From positions 32,001 to 96,000 of the forward strand of contig JAWODC010000001.1 in NCBI GenBank assembly GCA_046483495.1: a DNA stretch of 64,000 nt, in the 5' to 3' direction. Under the pieces are notes generated by a model. The model searched no databases. It saw only the letters and a program-made list of their open reading frames with translations, and had not been told where the DNA came from. Shown piece after piece: positions 10,256 through 19,947 of this stretch (its first letter is position 1; each line of letters begins with the position of its first letter). The stretch comes from Desulfobacterales bacterium (GTDB lineage: Bacteria; Desulfobacterota; Desulfobacteria; Desulfobacterales; UBA5616). The position numbers and the translations under genes were made by a program.

Positions 10256-12247
10256 TCAAAGTATTCTTCCAACCCGCTCACCATCGCGAACAGCATCTCC
10301 GATCATCCGCGGCGCAACACAATCGCCAATCCGGTAAACTTCCGGAAAAGAATCCTTGAGATCAAAATATAGGAAATCATTCGCCTCATGATAGTATGCC
10401 AATACGACATGATCGATATTCTCAAGCACCTTTTCCTCTCGGGAATAAATATTATAAACCGTTACGTTCGAACCACTGATTTCTTTGATCATGGTATAGG
10501 GAAGAATAGAAGGATTTTTTCTCAGGATCCTGCGGAGCAGCGGCGTCTTTCGTTCGGCGGTGATGTCATGAGCAAATTCAAAGGGTGTTGTAAATATAAC
10601 CTGCTTGTTTCTATCCAGGAGGAGTTCGGCAATACTGATTCCCTTCCAGCTGCCCTCCCCGTCATCTGCAACCAGTACACGTTGCCCCACCTCGACTTCT
10701 CTTTCAAGCAAATCCCACGAAGTCAGCACATGATTTTGGTCGACCCCTTTCGGATCCGGGTTTATTCCATCAAAAAAAGGTATGCCCGTAAAGCTGCTTT
10801 TTCTCGGTGTTGATCCTGTTGCGACAACCACGGCATCAGGATTCTTTTCCATTACGAATTTTTTGGATACTTCTGTCGAAATGTTGATCTCTACGCCAAG
10901 TTTTTTTACCTGCCGAATCAGGTAGCGTGTAATTTCTTCCAGTTCCGACCGTCCGGCACCTTTCGATGCTATACTCACCTGCCCACCTAATTGCGGGCGT
11001 TTTTCATAGAGCACGACTTTGTGGCCCCTGCGTGCTGCAATTTCAGCAGCCTTTAAACCTGCCGGCCCCCCCCCGATTACAAATACGGACTTATGGGCGC
11101 CCGCCGGCCTCAATGTTCCGCTTCCCAACCGTTTTTCATTCCCGACTGCCGGGTTGTGGGTGCAGCCGAATCGTCCTCCGTAAATCATACCCCAGCAGCC
11201 ATCGTTGCATGCGGCACAAGGACGTATATCATCAAGGCGTCCCTCTTTGACTTTATTCGCCAATTCGGGATCTGCTATTTGAGCCCGCGTCATACCGACC
11301 ATATCCGCATGCCCGTCAGCCAGAACTTTTTCAGCGAATACAGGATCATTAATTCGACCGACAGCTATTATTGAAGCATTTTCAGTTACTTCCTTTATTC
11401 CTGATGAAAATGGCACCCATAAACCAAGGGGATGTTGCATGTCGGGAATAACCATGTTGGGAACCCAGTAAGTCCCGGCTTTTACGACAATATAATCCAC
11501 CTGTTTTTCTTGGTCGATCAAAGCGGCAACCTTCTTGTAATCGTCCAGACTTAAGCCACCGGGTGTCAAATCATCTCCGTTGAGCTGCAGTCCTACAAGA
11601 TATTCTTCTCCGACATTTTTTCTGACGGCATCCATCACCTCATAGATAATCCGCATTCTATTTTCCAGGCTCCCCCCATAGGCATCCGTACGCTTGTTGC
11701 TGTAGGGAGACAAAAATCCCCCTAGTAAGTAGTTGCCGTATAACGAATGGATTTCAACACCGTCAAATCCGCTTTGCCTGGTTATGTAGGCCGCCTTACC
11801 CCAGCCGTTCACAACGTCTTGAATCTCATGAATCTCCATTTCCTTCGGTGTAAGGCCGACAACATCAAAAAATCGGTACGGCATGGGGGACGGCGCCCAC
11901 GCCAATCGACGTCCGAAAAAACGCTGCCGTCCGGTATGGCCGATTTGTAGAACAATTCTGCCACCATGTGCATGAACGGCATCGGTTAATTTTTTGTATT
12001 CAGCAATCAATTCTTCATTATAGCCGATGAGCGGAGTCATACACGAAGGGTGAACACTCGCCAATTCTACGACAATAAGGCCGCAGCCCCCTTTCGCTCG
12101 TTCGACATGGTAGTCGGTCAAGCGCTGTGAGGGCGCACCGTGTTCACCTAAATTTGTTCCATGACCGGTGCTCACGATTCTGTTGCGAAAATCAATATTT
12201 TTTATCCGCAACGGCGAGAGTAAGTATGGAAATTGTACTTCGGCCAT
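10256..12247 (-). CDS. OYE/FadH-family Fe-S flavoenzyme (NADH:flavin oxidoreductase)
   Basis: NRIV, RAKGG.GL, RTDAYGGSLENR, CAACNDGC, GGGPAG. Confidence 0.9.
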   Translation of the reverse strand: MAEVQFPYLLSPLRIKNIDFRNRIVSTGHGTNLGEHGAPSQRLTDYHVERAKGGCGLIVVELASVHPSCMTPLIGYNEELIAEYKKLTDAVHAHGGRIVLQIGHTGRQRFFGRRLAWAPSPMPYRFFDVVGLTPKEMEIHEIQDVVNGWGKAAYITRQSGFDGVEIHSLYGNYLLGGFLSPYSNKRTDAYGGSLENRMRIIYEVMDAVRKNVGEEYLVGLQLNGDDLTPGGLSLDDYKKVAALIDQEKQVDYIVVKAGTYWVPNMVIPDMQHPLGLWVPFSSGIKEVTENASIIAVGRINDPVFAEKVLADGHADMVGMTRAQIADPELANKVKEGRLDDIRPCAACNDGCWGMIYGGRFGCTHNPAVGNEKRLGSGTLRPAGAHKSVFVIGGGPAGLKAAEIAARRGHKVVLYEKRPQLGGQVSIASKGAGRSELEEITRYLIRQVKKLGVEINISTEVSKKFVMEKNPDAVVVATGSTPRKSSFTGIPFFDGINPDPKGVDQNHVLTSWDLLEREVEVGQRVLVADDGEGSWKGISIAELLLDRNKQVIFTTPFEFAHDITAERKTPLLRRILRKNPSILPYTMIKEISGSNVTVYNIYSREEKVLENIDHVVLAYYHEANDFLYFDLKDSFPEVYRIGDCVAPRMIGDAVRDGERVGRIL

Positions 12248-12314
12248 TCCTCTTCTCCTGATCTGGGTTCATTAATGGAAAGCACGGATTCAGTTCTGGA
12301 TGCGAAATCTAGCA

Positions 12315-12358
12315 AACAATCGGTAAGGAATTCTTGCATTTTCAATTCCGGGTGTCAA
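12315..12358 (-). promoter_or_regulatory. Candidate sigma70 promoter plus operator for the OYE-fix operon
   Basis: Minus-strand TTGACA (12353-12358), 17 bp, AAGAAT (12330-12335), then motif-like CCTTACCGATTGTT (12315-12328). Confidence 0.45.
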
Positions 12359-12488
12359 GTTTATTTTTTATACCCTCTGCGATCAACACGGTCCCATCCG
12401 GTCTATGTCAATTTTATTTTACTTAATTAATTGATAATTTTATTTATTGTCGCGGCATTTAAATTCGCCGGATGATAAGAAGAAAATG

Positions 12489-12502
12489 ACTTACCGTTCG
12501 GT
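12489..12502. promoter_or_regulatory. Candidate TetR operator ACTTACCGTTCGGT
   Basis: Intergenic near-match to the palindrome at 49613 and 50745. Confidence 0.4.
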
Positions 12503-12732
12503 ATCCTTTTTTATTTCGATTTTTTTTGTGTAATACCGGTTTTCATTAATGATAAGGCAGGCAACTCGGACCGGTGAGTTCATTTGAGGATGGGCGAAAA
12601 AAATGCCCGCATCAAGTTGACGAGTGCCGGCCGGACCGGTCAACATATGAAAATAGATGGCGCTTACCTTTAAATCCTGCCAAATCAGAAGAAATTGGCC
12701 TGTCAGAATCATTAAAATGAACTATATGTGCC

Positions 12733-13170
12733 TTATCCTTTACGAAGCTGGTAAAAACCTTCTGCAACAGCCACAACAGTGCCGTCTTTATCTTGTAGTT
12801 GCATATTCAGGTTGTAGTCCGCTTTTTTATTTTTATCGCATTCATCCATGATCTTTTGCGCTTCATCCAGGCCCATCGTGTATTCACAACGAACATTCGA
12901 ATTTGCAGGACGAGTAAATTTAATGTTCAGCCCCTTGACAATCGGGTATGTGTCACCCTTCATTAGATATACCGCTGCTACGGCACCTCCGGTAACCTCT
13001 GCCAAAGTAAACAAAGCGCCGGCATACATGGTGCCGATATGGTTTGCATTTCCCTCTTGAGGCATTTCAAGAATCACCTTTTCCGCATCAAGCTGTACGG
13101 CTCTCAACCCGATTTTCCTGGTAAATTCGATGTTTTTTCCGAATTGATCCAAATCCAAATCTATTTTCAT
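12733..13170 (-). CDS. Hotdog-fold PaaI/YiiD-like thioesterase (DUF4442-like)
   Basis: N.NHIGTMYAGALFTLAE, IKFTRPA. Confidence 0.8.
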   Translation of the reverse strand: MKIDLDLDQFGKNIEFTRKIGLRAVQLDAEKVILEMPQEGNANHIGTMYAGALFTLAEVTGGAVAAVYLMKGDTYPIVKGLNIKFTRPANSNVRCEYTMGLDEAQKIMDECDKNKKADYNLNMQLQDKDGTVVAVAEGFYQLRKG

Positions 13171-13359
13171 CTGTTTCTCCTCTCGTCTTGTAAACAATAA
13201 AAAGGATTAAAGGGTGGTGTTCGATCCGCCATCGGTATATATTTTTACGCCATTTACAGAATGAGATTCATCCGACGCTAAAAAGAATGCAGGGAAGGCT
13301 GTTTCCAAGGGCGACAAACGTGCGGAAAGCGGCTGATACCGAAAGAACGCCCATTTTTT

Positions 13360-13977
13360 TTAACTCTTCCTCAATATGCCGTCGAATATCATTTCGAACA
13401 GATCCTCGGCAAATTCGTCCGTCCTTATTTTTCGGTTATAAATTATGTAGGGCAGGCATATGTATTCAATTCCGCCTAAAATCGTCTGCCTGATCCGGTG
13501 GGGATGTATATCATTTCTGATTTCACCTTCTTCAACACCCTCTTCGATAATATTGAGAAGAAGTTCGGAGTAGGACTTTGTCATTTGAAAATACTTGCTT
13601 TCAAAGTAGTCGGAAAAGCTATTGATTTCAGCAACGATGATTTTGGCGAAAACGGGGTTTCTATCGTAATAATCCATGTGGCTCCAAATCAGTTTCCGCA
13701 ACTTATTAAAGGCCCCTTTTATGCCCCTGAGATCATCATTTATTTTAACTTGAAAAATTTCAAAATCATCGGCCAAAACCTGATAAAGCAGCCCTTTTTT
13801 ATTTTCAAAATGCCTGAAAATAAGGGACTGGTTAACTCCCGCCGCTGCGGCCAATTCGGCTGTAGTGATAGCTTGAAAATCTTTTTCCATTAGTAGTGTT
13901 CTGAAAGCGTCGTTTATTTTCTGACGACTGGGTGGCGACATATCTTTAATCGAGTTGGCGGCGGAATTTTTAGGCAT
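13360..13977 (-). CDS. TetR/AcrR family transcriptional regulator (FadR/YsiA-like)
   Basis: HTH TTAELAAAAGVNQSLIFRHFENK; divergent from the 14.3 kb operon. Confidence 0.9.
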   Translation of the reverse strand: MPKNSAANSIKDMSPPSRQKINDAFRTLLMEKDFQAITTAELAAAAGVNQSLIFRHFENKKGLLYQVLADDFEIFQVKINDDLRGIKGAFNKLRKLIWSHMDYYDRNPVFAKIIVAEINSFSDYFESKYFQMTKSYSELLLNIIEEGVEEGEIRNDIHPHRIRQTILGGIEYICLPYIIYNRKIRTDEFAEDLFEMIFDGILRKS

Positions 13978-14040
13978 TTTATTTCTCTATTATTGTTTTT
14001 TCAAGTTGGTGGTCTAAGATAAATACCTTATGAAATTAAA

Positions 14041-14156
14041 ACTTACATAATGTTCATTTTTAATGTTGACAAAGGCATTATTTATATGTAAGTGCTAATT
14101 GCATTATTTGATAATTATGTCAAATCAAATTGACATTTTAATTTTGCAATGTCAAT
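14041..14156. promoter_or_regulatory. Divergent promoter region with several inverted repeats
   Basis: ACTTACATA/TATGTAAGT (14041/14085), ATGTCAA-N6-TTGACAT (14117-14136), ATTGACATT/AATGTCAAT (14129/14148); several TTGACA on both strands. Confidence 0.5.
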
Positions 14157-14259
14157 AAAATTCCATTTTTCAGGATTCTGGAATGCACTCGAAAATACAA
14201 TCCATAACCACACCTTTCTTGCCCAAAAAGATCTTTCAATAACCTGTGAGGTATATAGA

Positions 14260-15804
14260 ATGAGCAAACCCTTACACATACCCGCTTTCGACAATCTTTG
14301 CTGGAATTCGAGTCGTTTTGTCCCGCCATGCCAGAAAGCCTGCCCGTTGGGTACGGATGTTTCGGGTTATATTATGGCAGCAATGATGGGAGAATACAGG
14401 GAGGCTTTCCGCCTTGTAAAGGACAGGAACCCCTTACCTTCGGTATGCAGCAGAATTTGTCACCACCCATGTGAAGATCAATGCATCCGCGGCCGAATAG
14501 ACCAGCCGATTTCCATTCGTGCATTGAAGCGATTTGTGATAGAAAATACGGATAAAGAATTTCGGCAAAGAATCCCCGATATGAACAAGGCCGGCGGGAA
14601 ACGGGTCGCTGTTATCGGTTCCGGACCGGCAGGCCTTTCCGCGGCGCACGACCTCGCTCTTCAAGGTCATCAAGTAACGATTTTTGAAAAATACGACAGG
14701 CTCGGAGGGGTTCTAGGTTTAGCTATTCCTGCTTTTATTCTTCCAAATAGTATTTTAAAAGAGGATATTTCTCGAATCAAATCCTTGGGGGTCCGCTTCC
14801 AAACCGGAGCCGAAATAAAGAAAGCTGAAGCCATAAAAAGCCTTTTCGACACCGGATTTTCATCCGTTCTTCTCGCCACCGGTGCTCACGACAGCGTTAT
14901 TCTGAACAATATCGACTACTCTTTGCCAAAGATATTCAGTGCTTTGGCTTTTTTAATCGAAAATAAGAACGGCAAAAACAGTAAAATGGAAGGGCGCGCC
15001 CTGATCATTGGCGGCGGAAATGTCGCCGTCGATTCAGCGAGACTCTGCATTCGGAAGGGTGTTTCAAAAGTGGATGTTTACTGCCTCGAAAAGCAGAATG
15101 AAATGGCCGCCTTTGATTGGGAAATTGAAAGGGCACGACGGGAAGGAGTTGAATTTCACAGTGAACAGTCTCTTGTCGAGACAACCGCAAATCCTGATGG
15201 ATCCATCACCTGCCGGTTTGCCGATGTAAAGCACATTGTGGTCGAGGACGGTAAAATCAAACCTGTCATAGACAAGCGGCGAATGCGAGAAGAGGCTACG
15301 GATTATCTGATTATCGCAGCCGGACAGAAAATCGGAACAGATCATTTAAACGGCATTCCTTTTAATTTAACGCCACAAGGCTCTGTCAGCATGGGTGCCG
15401 AACTCATGATCAGTGGTTTTCCGGGGCTTTTTATTGCCGGGGATATGGCGTCATTCCCCGGAACGCTTATTGATTCAATTGCTTCAGGTAAAAAAGCAGC
15501 TGAATCGATAGAAGTGTTTTTAAACGGCGGAAAAAGTGTTACGACTTCCATTAAAAATGGCACCGGCAGACTTTTGAGCGAGATTCCGGAAAAAATTATA
15601 TCTGTTTTTCCCAAAAGGAAAAGGCAAATTCCCCCCGAAACCAGCTCTGCTAAAGCTAAAAAATCATATGCCGAACCTGAAAAAACATACAGCCTTTCAG
15701 CAGCAAAAGAAGAGGCATCGAGGTGCTTAAATTGCGCCGTGTGCGGAAATTGCATCTATGAACGTGAACAATTATGCCTCCAAACCGGATCTAGACTTTT
15801 ATAG
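14260..15804 (+). CDS. GltD/SudA/NfnB-like FAD/NAD(P)-binding Fe-S oxidoreductase
   Basis: PPCQKACP, NPLPSVCSRICHHPCE..C, GSGPAG, GGGNVAVD, C-terminal EASRCLNCAVCGNC. Confidence 0.88.
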   Translation: MSKPLHIPAFDNLCWNSSRFVPPCQKACPLGTDVSGYIMAAMMGEYREAFRLVKDRNPLPSVCSRICHHPCEDQCIRGRIDQPISIRALKRFVIENTDKEFRQRIPDMNKAGGKRVAVIGSGPAGLSAAHDLALQGHQVTIFEKYDRLGGVLGLAIPAFILPNSILKEDISRIKSLGVRFQTGAEIKKAEAIKSLFDTGFSSVLLATGAHDSVILNNIDYSLPKIFSALAFLIENKNGKNSKMEGRALIIGGGNVAVDSARLCIRKGVSKVDVYCLEKQNEMAAFDWEIERARREGVEFHSEQSLVETTANPDGSITCRFADVKHIVVEDGKIKPVIDKRRMREEATDYLIIAAGQKIGTDHLNGIPFNLTPQGSVSMGAELMISGFPGLFIAGDMASFPGTLIDSIASGKKAAESIEVFLNGGKSVTTSIKNGTGRLLSEIPEKIISVFPKRKRQIPPETSSAKAKKSYAEPEKTYSLSAAKEEASRCLNCAVCGNCIYEREQLCLQTGSRLL

Positions 15805-15822
15805 GGAAAAAAAGGATGGCCT

Positions 15823-16092
15823 ATGGAAATCATTGTAAATGAATTAAAGTGTGTCGGATGCGGTCTCTGCGCGGCTGCCTGCCCTCGGGAAGCCCTCAAA
15901 ACTTACGGCATTGTTTTGATAGATCATGATAAATGCAGAGAATGTTTCGGCGGTATCGGTCTTATCGGTTCGCTTACCCGGGAAGACATCAAAGTATTTC
16001 TAAAAGAAGAAAACAACTGGCAAAAGGCATGTATACGAAACTGTCCGGTTGAAGCCATCACGGAGATAAATAATGAAAAAAAGGAAATTTGA
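15823..16092 (+). CDS. 2[4Fe-4S] ferredoxin with long insertion
   Basis: CVGCGLCAAACP and CREC-x28-CIRNCP. Confidence 0.8.
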   Translation: MEIIVNELKCVGCGLCAAACPREALKTYGIVLIDHDKCRECFGGIGLIGSLTREDIKVFLKEENNWQKACIRNCPVEAITEINNEKKEI

Positions 16093-17377
16093 TGCCGTTG
16101 TTTTGGGATCCGGGGTGGGTGGTCTTTGTGCCGCCGCCAGAATGATGCGCATGGATATGAAAGTCCTTGTTGTTGAGAGACTTCCCTTCTTGGGCGGACG
16201 GTTTTCAACACGCCTTATTAAAGGATTTAGACTGCCTACCGGTGCGATGGTGGTGCCTCACGGACCACGGAGCGCCTTTCAGGAAGCCTTCGATCTTGCC
16301 GGAATTCCTTTAGAAGTACGAATGCCCAAAGGCGAAACCACTTACAGGCTGCCGCACGGCGATTATGAAGTTCCGCCGGATGGCGGAGGAATGGCTGGAA
16401 TGCTTGAGTTTGCACTTCAGGACAAAGAAGAGGCAAAACGCGTCTTCAGGGAATTCAAACGTGCTTTGGTCTGGTGGGAGCCTGTCGGAAACATAACGTT
16501 TCGACAATGGCTCGAGCAACACACACATAACACAAATGTGCACAATATGTTTCAAGGATTTTGCGCCGCCTTTGTCGGAGTCAACAGCAATGAAGTGCCT
16601 GCCTCTGAATTTTTTCGTTTCATCAAGGCAATGGGAAGGAATGTAGCCTACGGCATCGCTCCCATGGGCAACATGAAGCTAATGAACGATTTGGCCGACG
16701 GAATAGCGGACAAAGGGGTGGATATCGTTCGCGAATGCAACTGCAAGCAAATACTCGTTGAAAAAAACATGGTCACCGGCGTTATCATTGAAAAGAATAT
16801 GCAGGAAGAGCTTATCGAGGCAGATTTCGTTATCAGCAATGCCGGGCCGTCGCAAACTGTGGTGCTTGCCGGACCTGAAAATTTTGAGCTAAGCTACCTT
16901 ACGCTCCTCAGGGAACACAATTTTACCGTTCCGGTAGTCTATATTGCCATAAGCTCACCCGAACCACTCAATAAGCGCCATGGAGTGCTGAACTTCGGCA
17001 ACACCCGAAGATTGGTTTTTCTGGAAACACCCACCATTACCTGTCCCGAACTTGCTCCAGAGGGCAGACACATGACCATAACTTTCAGTGTGCCGAAATT
17101 TTCAACGGGTCCGCTGAATTTAAGGGAAACCATTGATATGGCTCTTCTGGACCTCCAGGAAAATTTCCCCGGCTTCAAAAATGCGGAATTGCTTCATGTG
17201 GGGACACATCACGGCGACTGGCCAACCATGCATAGATGGCCTGGATATCCTATGCCGATCCGCACGTCAATAGAAAATCTTTACAATGTGGGTGACGGGT
17301 GCATGCCTTCCGGTACGGTCGGGGTGGAGGCATGTGCCATCACTGCCAGGATGGTGGCGGATGATATAAAAAGGTAA
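16073..17377 (+). CDS. NAD(P)/FAD-dependent oxidoreductase, phytoene desaturase-like
   Basis: GSGVGGL, ERLPFLGGR, CPELAPEG, NLYNVGD. Confidence 0.82.
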   Translation: MKKRKFDAVVLGSGVGGLCAAARMMRMDMKVLVVERLPFLGGRFSTRLIKGFRLPTGAMVVPHGPRSAFQEAFDLAGIPLEVRMPKGETTYRLPHGDYEVPPDGGGMAGMLEFALQDKEEAKRVFREFKRALVWWEPVGNITFRQWLEQHTHNTNVHNMFQGFCAAFVGVNSNEVPASEFFRFIKAMGRNVAYGIAPMGNMKLMNDLADGIADKGVDIVRECNCKQILVEKNMVTGVIIEKNMQEELIEADFVISNAGPSQTVVLAGPENFELSYLTLLREHNFTVPVVYIAISSPEPLNKRHGVLNFGNTRRLVFLETPTITCPELAPEGRHMTITFSVPKFSTGPLNLRETIDMALLDLQENFPGFKNAELLHVGTHHGDWPTMHRWPGYPMPIRTSIENLYNVGDGCMPSGTVGVEACAITARMVADDIKR

Positions 17378-17393
17378 CGGATAGGAGACGATA

Positions 17394-18983
17394 ATGTGGG
17401 ATGTGGAAGTCGATCTTGTGTCGGCGGGTTCCAGTTGTGGTGGACTAGTGGGTGCGATTACCGGTCATGATCACGGGTTGTCCACCATGGTCATCGAAAA
17501 GTCATATTGCTTTGGCGGTGGTGCGGCATTATCAGGTGGTGTAATATGGATACCCAACAACCATCACATGGCCAAAAAAGGTCTTGAAGATTCCCGTGAA
17601 GATGCGCTAACCCACCTGCAGCATATCGGTCTTGGACGCCATGACGAAAAAAGAGCAATTGCATTCATCGATTACGGACCGGAAATGCTCAAATATATCG
17701 AGGAGAATACGCCTTTAAAAATGACGATCCTTCCCCGTTACCCGGATTACAGGTCCGAACTCCCGGGGGGACGGTTTGCAGGTCGTTATCTTCTCCCGAG
17801 TCCTCTTCCCATGGCCATGGTGCTGGCGGAGGCTGAAAAAAAATATCCGATTCTAGACAAGGTCAGAAAACCTCCTGTGTCCCTGCAGCTGGGTATGCCC
17901 GATGAATTGTGGGCCGGCGGTCGAACACTTATCGGACCTCTTGTTCTGGCATGTATCGACCGGGGCATTGAAATCCGGCTTAAAACCCGTGCAAAAAAAC
18001 TTATTGTAGAGAACGGCAGGGTAATCGGGCTTCGTGCCGAACATGACGGAAAAGACCTGTTAATTAAAGCAAACAAAGGCGTCCTTCTTGCCACAGGCGG
18101 ATTTGAATGGAACCTTCAAATGAACAAAAGATTTATCGAGGGTGATATTCATCCGTTTACCAACCCCCAGAATGAAGGGGACGGTCATATCATGGGAATG
18201 GAAATCGGAGCCGCCGTCGCCTTGATGGATCATACGGTACGATTGCCCACCATCCGCATCCCCGGTGAGGAAATTGACGGAAAACCGCTTTATCGTCTGT
18301 TTCTTGCAAGCTGCGGCAAGCCCGGGGACATCATCGTTAACCGACAAGGAAAGAGATGCTGTAACGAATCCTTCTATCTTGATATGGGGCGCGCCTTTCT
18401 GGAGAGGAATACATCCAGTCTGGCGTATACAAACAGGCCTATTTACTGGATTGCGGATCAGTCCCATCGCAATAAATATTTCTGCGGTCCACTGGCGCCC
18501 GGAAAACCGGCCGACGGCTGCACATGGATACAAAAAGCAGATTCAATACAAAGCCTTGCGGAAAAGCTCAATCTCCCCTCGGAACAGCTTGAGCAAACGG
18601 TGGAAGAGTTCAACCGGTATGCCAAAGAAGGAAAAGATCCGGTTTTTCATCGAGGCGAAACCGCTTACGACCGTATTGCTGGTGACCCGAACCATTCCCC
18701 CAATCCGTCTATCGGCCCCCTTGAAAAGCCCCCGTTCTACGGCATCGAATTGTTTCCCGGTACTGCCGGAAATCAGGGCGGCCTTGTAACGAACCGCTGT
18801 GCGCAAGTAATTGGCATCAGAGGAGAAGTGATTCCGGGGCTGTACGGAACAAGCAACGCCACCGCACATCTTGCTATGGGATCGGGATACAACAGCGGAT
18901 TCTTCAACGGCCGCAGCATGGTTTTCGGATATGTCGCTGCAAAACATATGGCCGGTTATCCGGAGCTTGAACAATCAGAATAG
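17394..18983 (+). CDS. FAD-binding dehydrogenase, KstD/Kst4D-like
   Basis: GGGAALSGG.IWIPNN, YPDY, LATGGFEWN, DPVFHRGE.AYD, PPFYG. Confidence 0.8.
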   Translation: MWDVEVDLVSAGSSCGGLVGAITGHDHGLSTMVIEKSYCFGGGAALSGGVIWIPNNHHMAKKGLEDSREDALTHLQHIGLGRHDEKRAIAFIDYGPEMLKYIEENTPLKMTILPRYPDYRSELPGGRFAGRYLLPSPLPMAMVLAEAEKKYPILDKVRKPPVSLQLGMPDELWAGGRTLIGPLVLACIDRGIEIRLKTRAKKLIVENGRVIGLRAEHDGKDLLIKANKGVLLATGGFEWNLQMNKRFIEGDIHPFTNPQNEGDGHIMGMEIGAAVALMDHTVRLPTIRIPGEEIDGKPLYRLFLASCGKPGDIIVNRQGKRCCNESFYLDMGRAFLERNTSSLAYTNRPIYWIADQSHRNKYFCGPLAPGKPADGCTWIQKADSIQSLAEKLNLPSEQLEQTVEEFNRYAKEGKDPVFHRGETAYDRIAGDPNHSPNPSIGPLEKPPFYGIELFPGTAGNQGGLVTNRCAQVIGIRGEVIPGLYGTSNATAHLAMGSGYNSGFFNGRSMVFGYVAAKHMAGYPELEQSE

Positions 18984-18986
18984 ATA

Positions 18987-19289
18987 GTGTCTGGAATAAA
19001 AATGATACCCATACCTGAATCCAAAATAAACAAAAGGGCCGCAAGGATACTTACAGATGAAGGCAGGAGTATTATCGATATTGAAAAGATGACCCGGGAT
19101 GGCGGCAGGCTCTATATGCACGGCATGCTTATGGGACAATTTGAAACATCCGTTTTTATTACGGTAGGGGATCTCTTCAAAATGATTTCCATGATTTTAA
19201 GACCGGGGCCACTAATGTTCGTGTTTTTTTCTCCATTTTTGTGGCTGAAATGCAAGTTTGGAAAAAAGAAAGAAATCGATGAGCCGTAA
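18987..19289 (+). CDS. Small hypothetical protein with hydrophobic C-terminus
   Basis: Fills the operon gap and overlaps the next gene; C-terminal hydrophobic stretch then Lys-rich tail; start may be ATG 19002. Confidence 0.65.
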   Translation: MSGIKMIPIPESKINKRAARILTDEGRSIIDIEKMTRDGGRLYMHGMLMGQFETSVFITVGDLFKMISMILRPGPLMFVFFSPFLWLKCKFGKKKEIDEP

Positions 19290-19893
19290 AAACAAAAAAA
19301 AAGAGACAGAAAATATCCTCAAACCTATAAAAAAGGCTGCCGGATATATCCTTGTCGATCCGAAAAAGTGCCAGGGATGTCTGTCCTGCATGCTGGCATG
19401 CTCTCTGGCACATGAAGGACTCGAAAGCCTTTCTTTATCAAGAATCCAGGTGACGCAGAACTCCTTTGAAAAATGGCCGGACGATTTAATGATTTACCAG
19501 TGCAGACAATGCGTGGAAGCTCCTTGTGTCCATGCTTGCCCCTACAGCGCCTTAAGGGCTGATCCGGAAAATGGATACGTCAGAATGGTCGACCGGGAAA
19601 AGTGTATCGGCTGTGGCAAATGCGTCCGGGCATGCCCTTATCAACCGGGCGGCCCTATCGCATCCGCCGACCGAGCATATGAAGGCCAAAAGAAAAGCCG
19701 CAAGTGCGACTTATGTGCAGATACACCGTTCTGGGAAGAAACCGGCGGTGTGGGTGGAAAACAGATTTGTATCGAAGTCTGCACCCTAAACGCGATATCT
19801 TATACCACCGACACACCCGAACAATCTGATGACGGATATCGGGTAAACTTAAGAGATGAGGATTGGGGAAAATTAGGCTTTCCGACGGATTGA
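19279..19893 (+). CDS. 4Fe-4S dicluster protein (YdhY/AorA-like partner of AOR)
   Basis: CQGCLSCMLAC, CRQC...CVHACP, CIGCGKCVRACP, CDLC. Confidence 0.88.
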   Translation: MSRKNKKKETENILKPIKKAAGYILVDPKKCQGCLSCMLACSLAHEGLESLSLSRIQVTQNSFEKWPDDLMIYQCRQCVEAPCVHACPYSALRADPENGYVRMVDREKCIGCGKCVRACPYQPGGPIASADRAYEGQKKSRKCDLCADTPFWEETGGVGGKQICIEVCTLNAISYTTDTPEQSDDGYRVNLRDEDWGKLGFPTD

Positions 19894-19947
19894 TCCGGAA
19901 CAGTCCCGGTTCCCCCTCCTTGATAGGTTAAAAAAAGAGGGATTCGA

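Noticed and set aside
12563..12645. GGACCGGT-containing sites as extra operator copies
   Set aside because: Three or more mismatches to consensus and no clear promoter context
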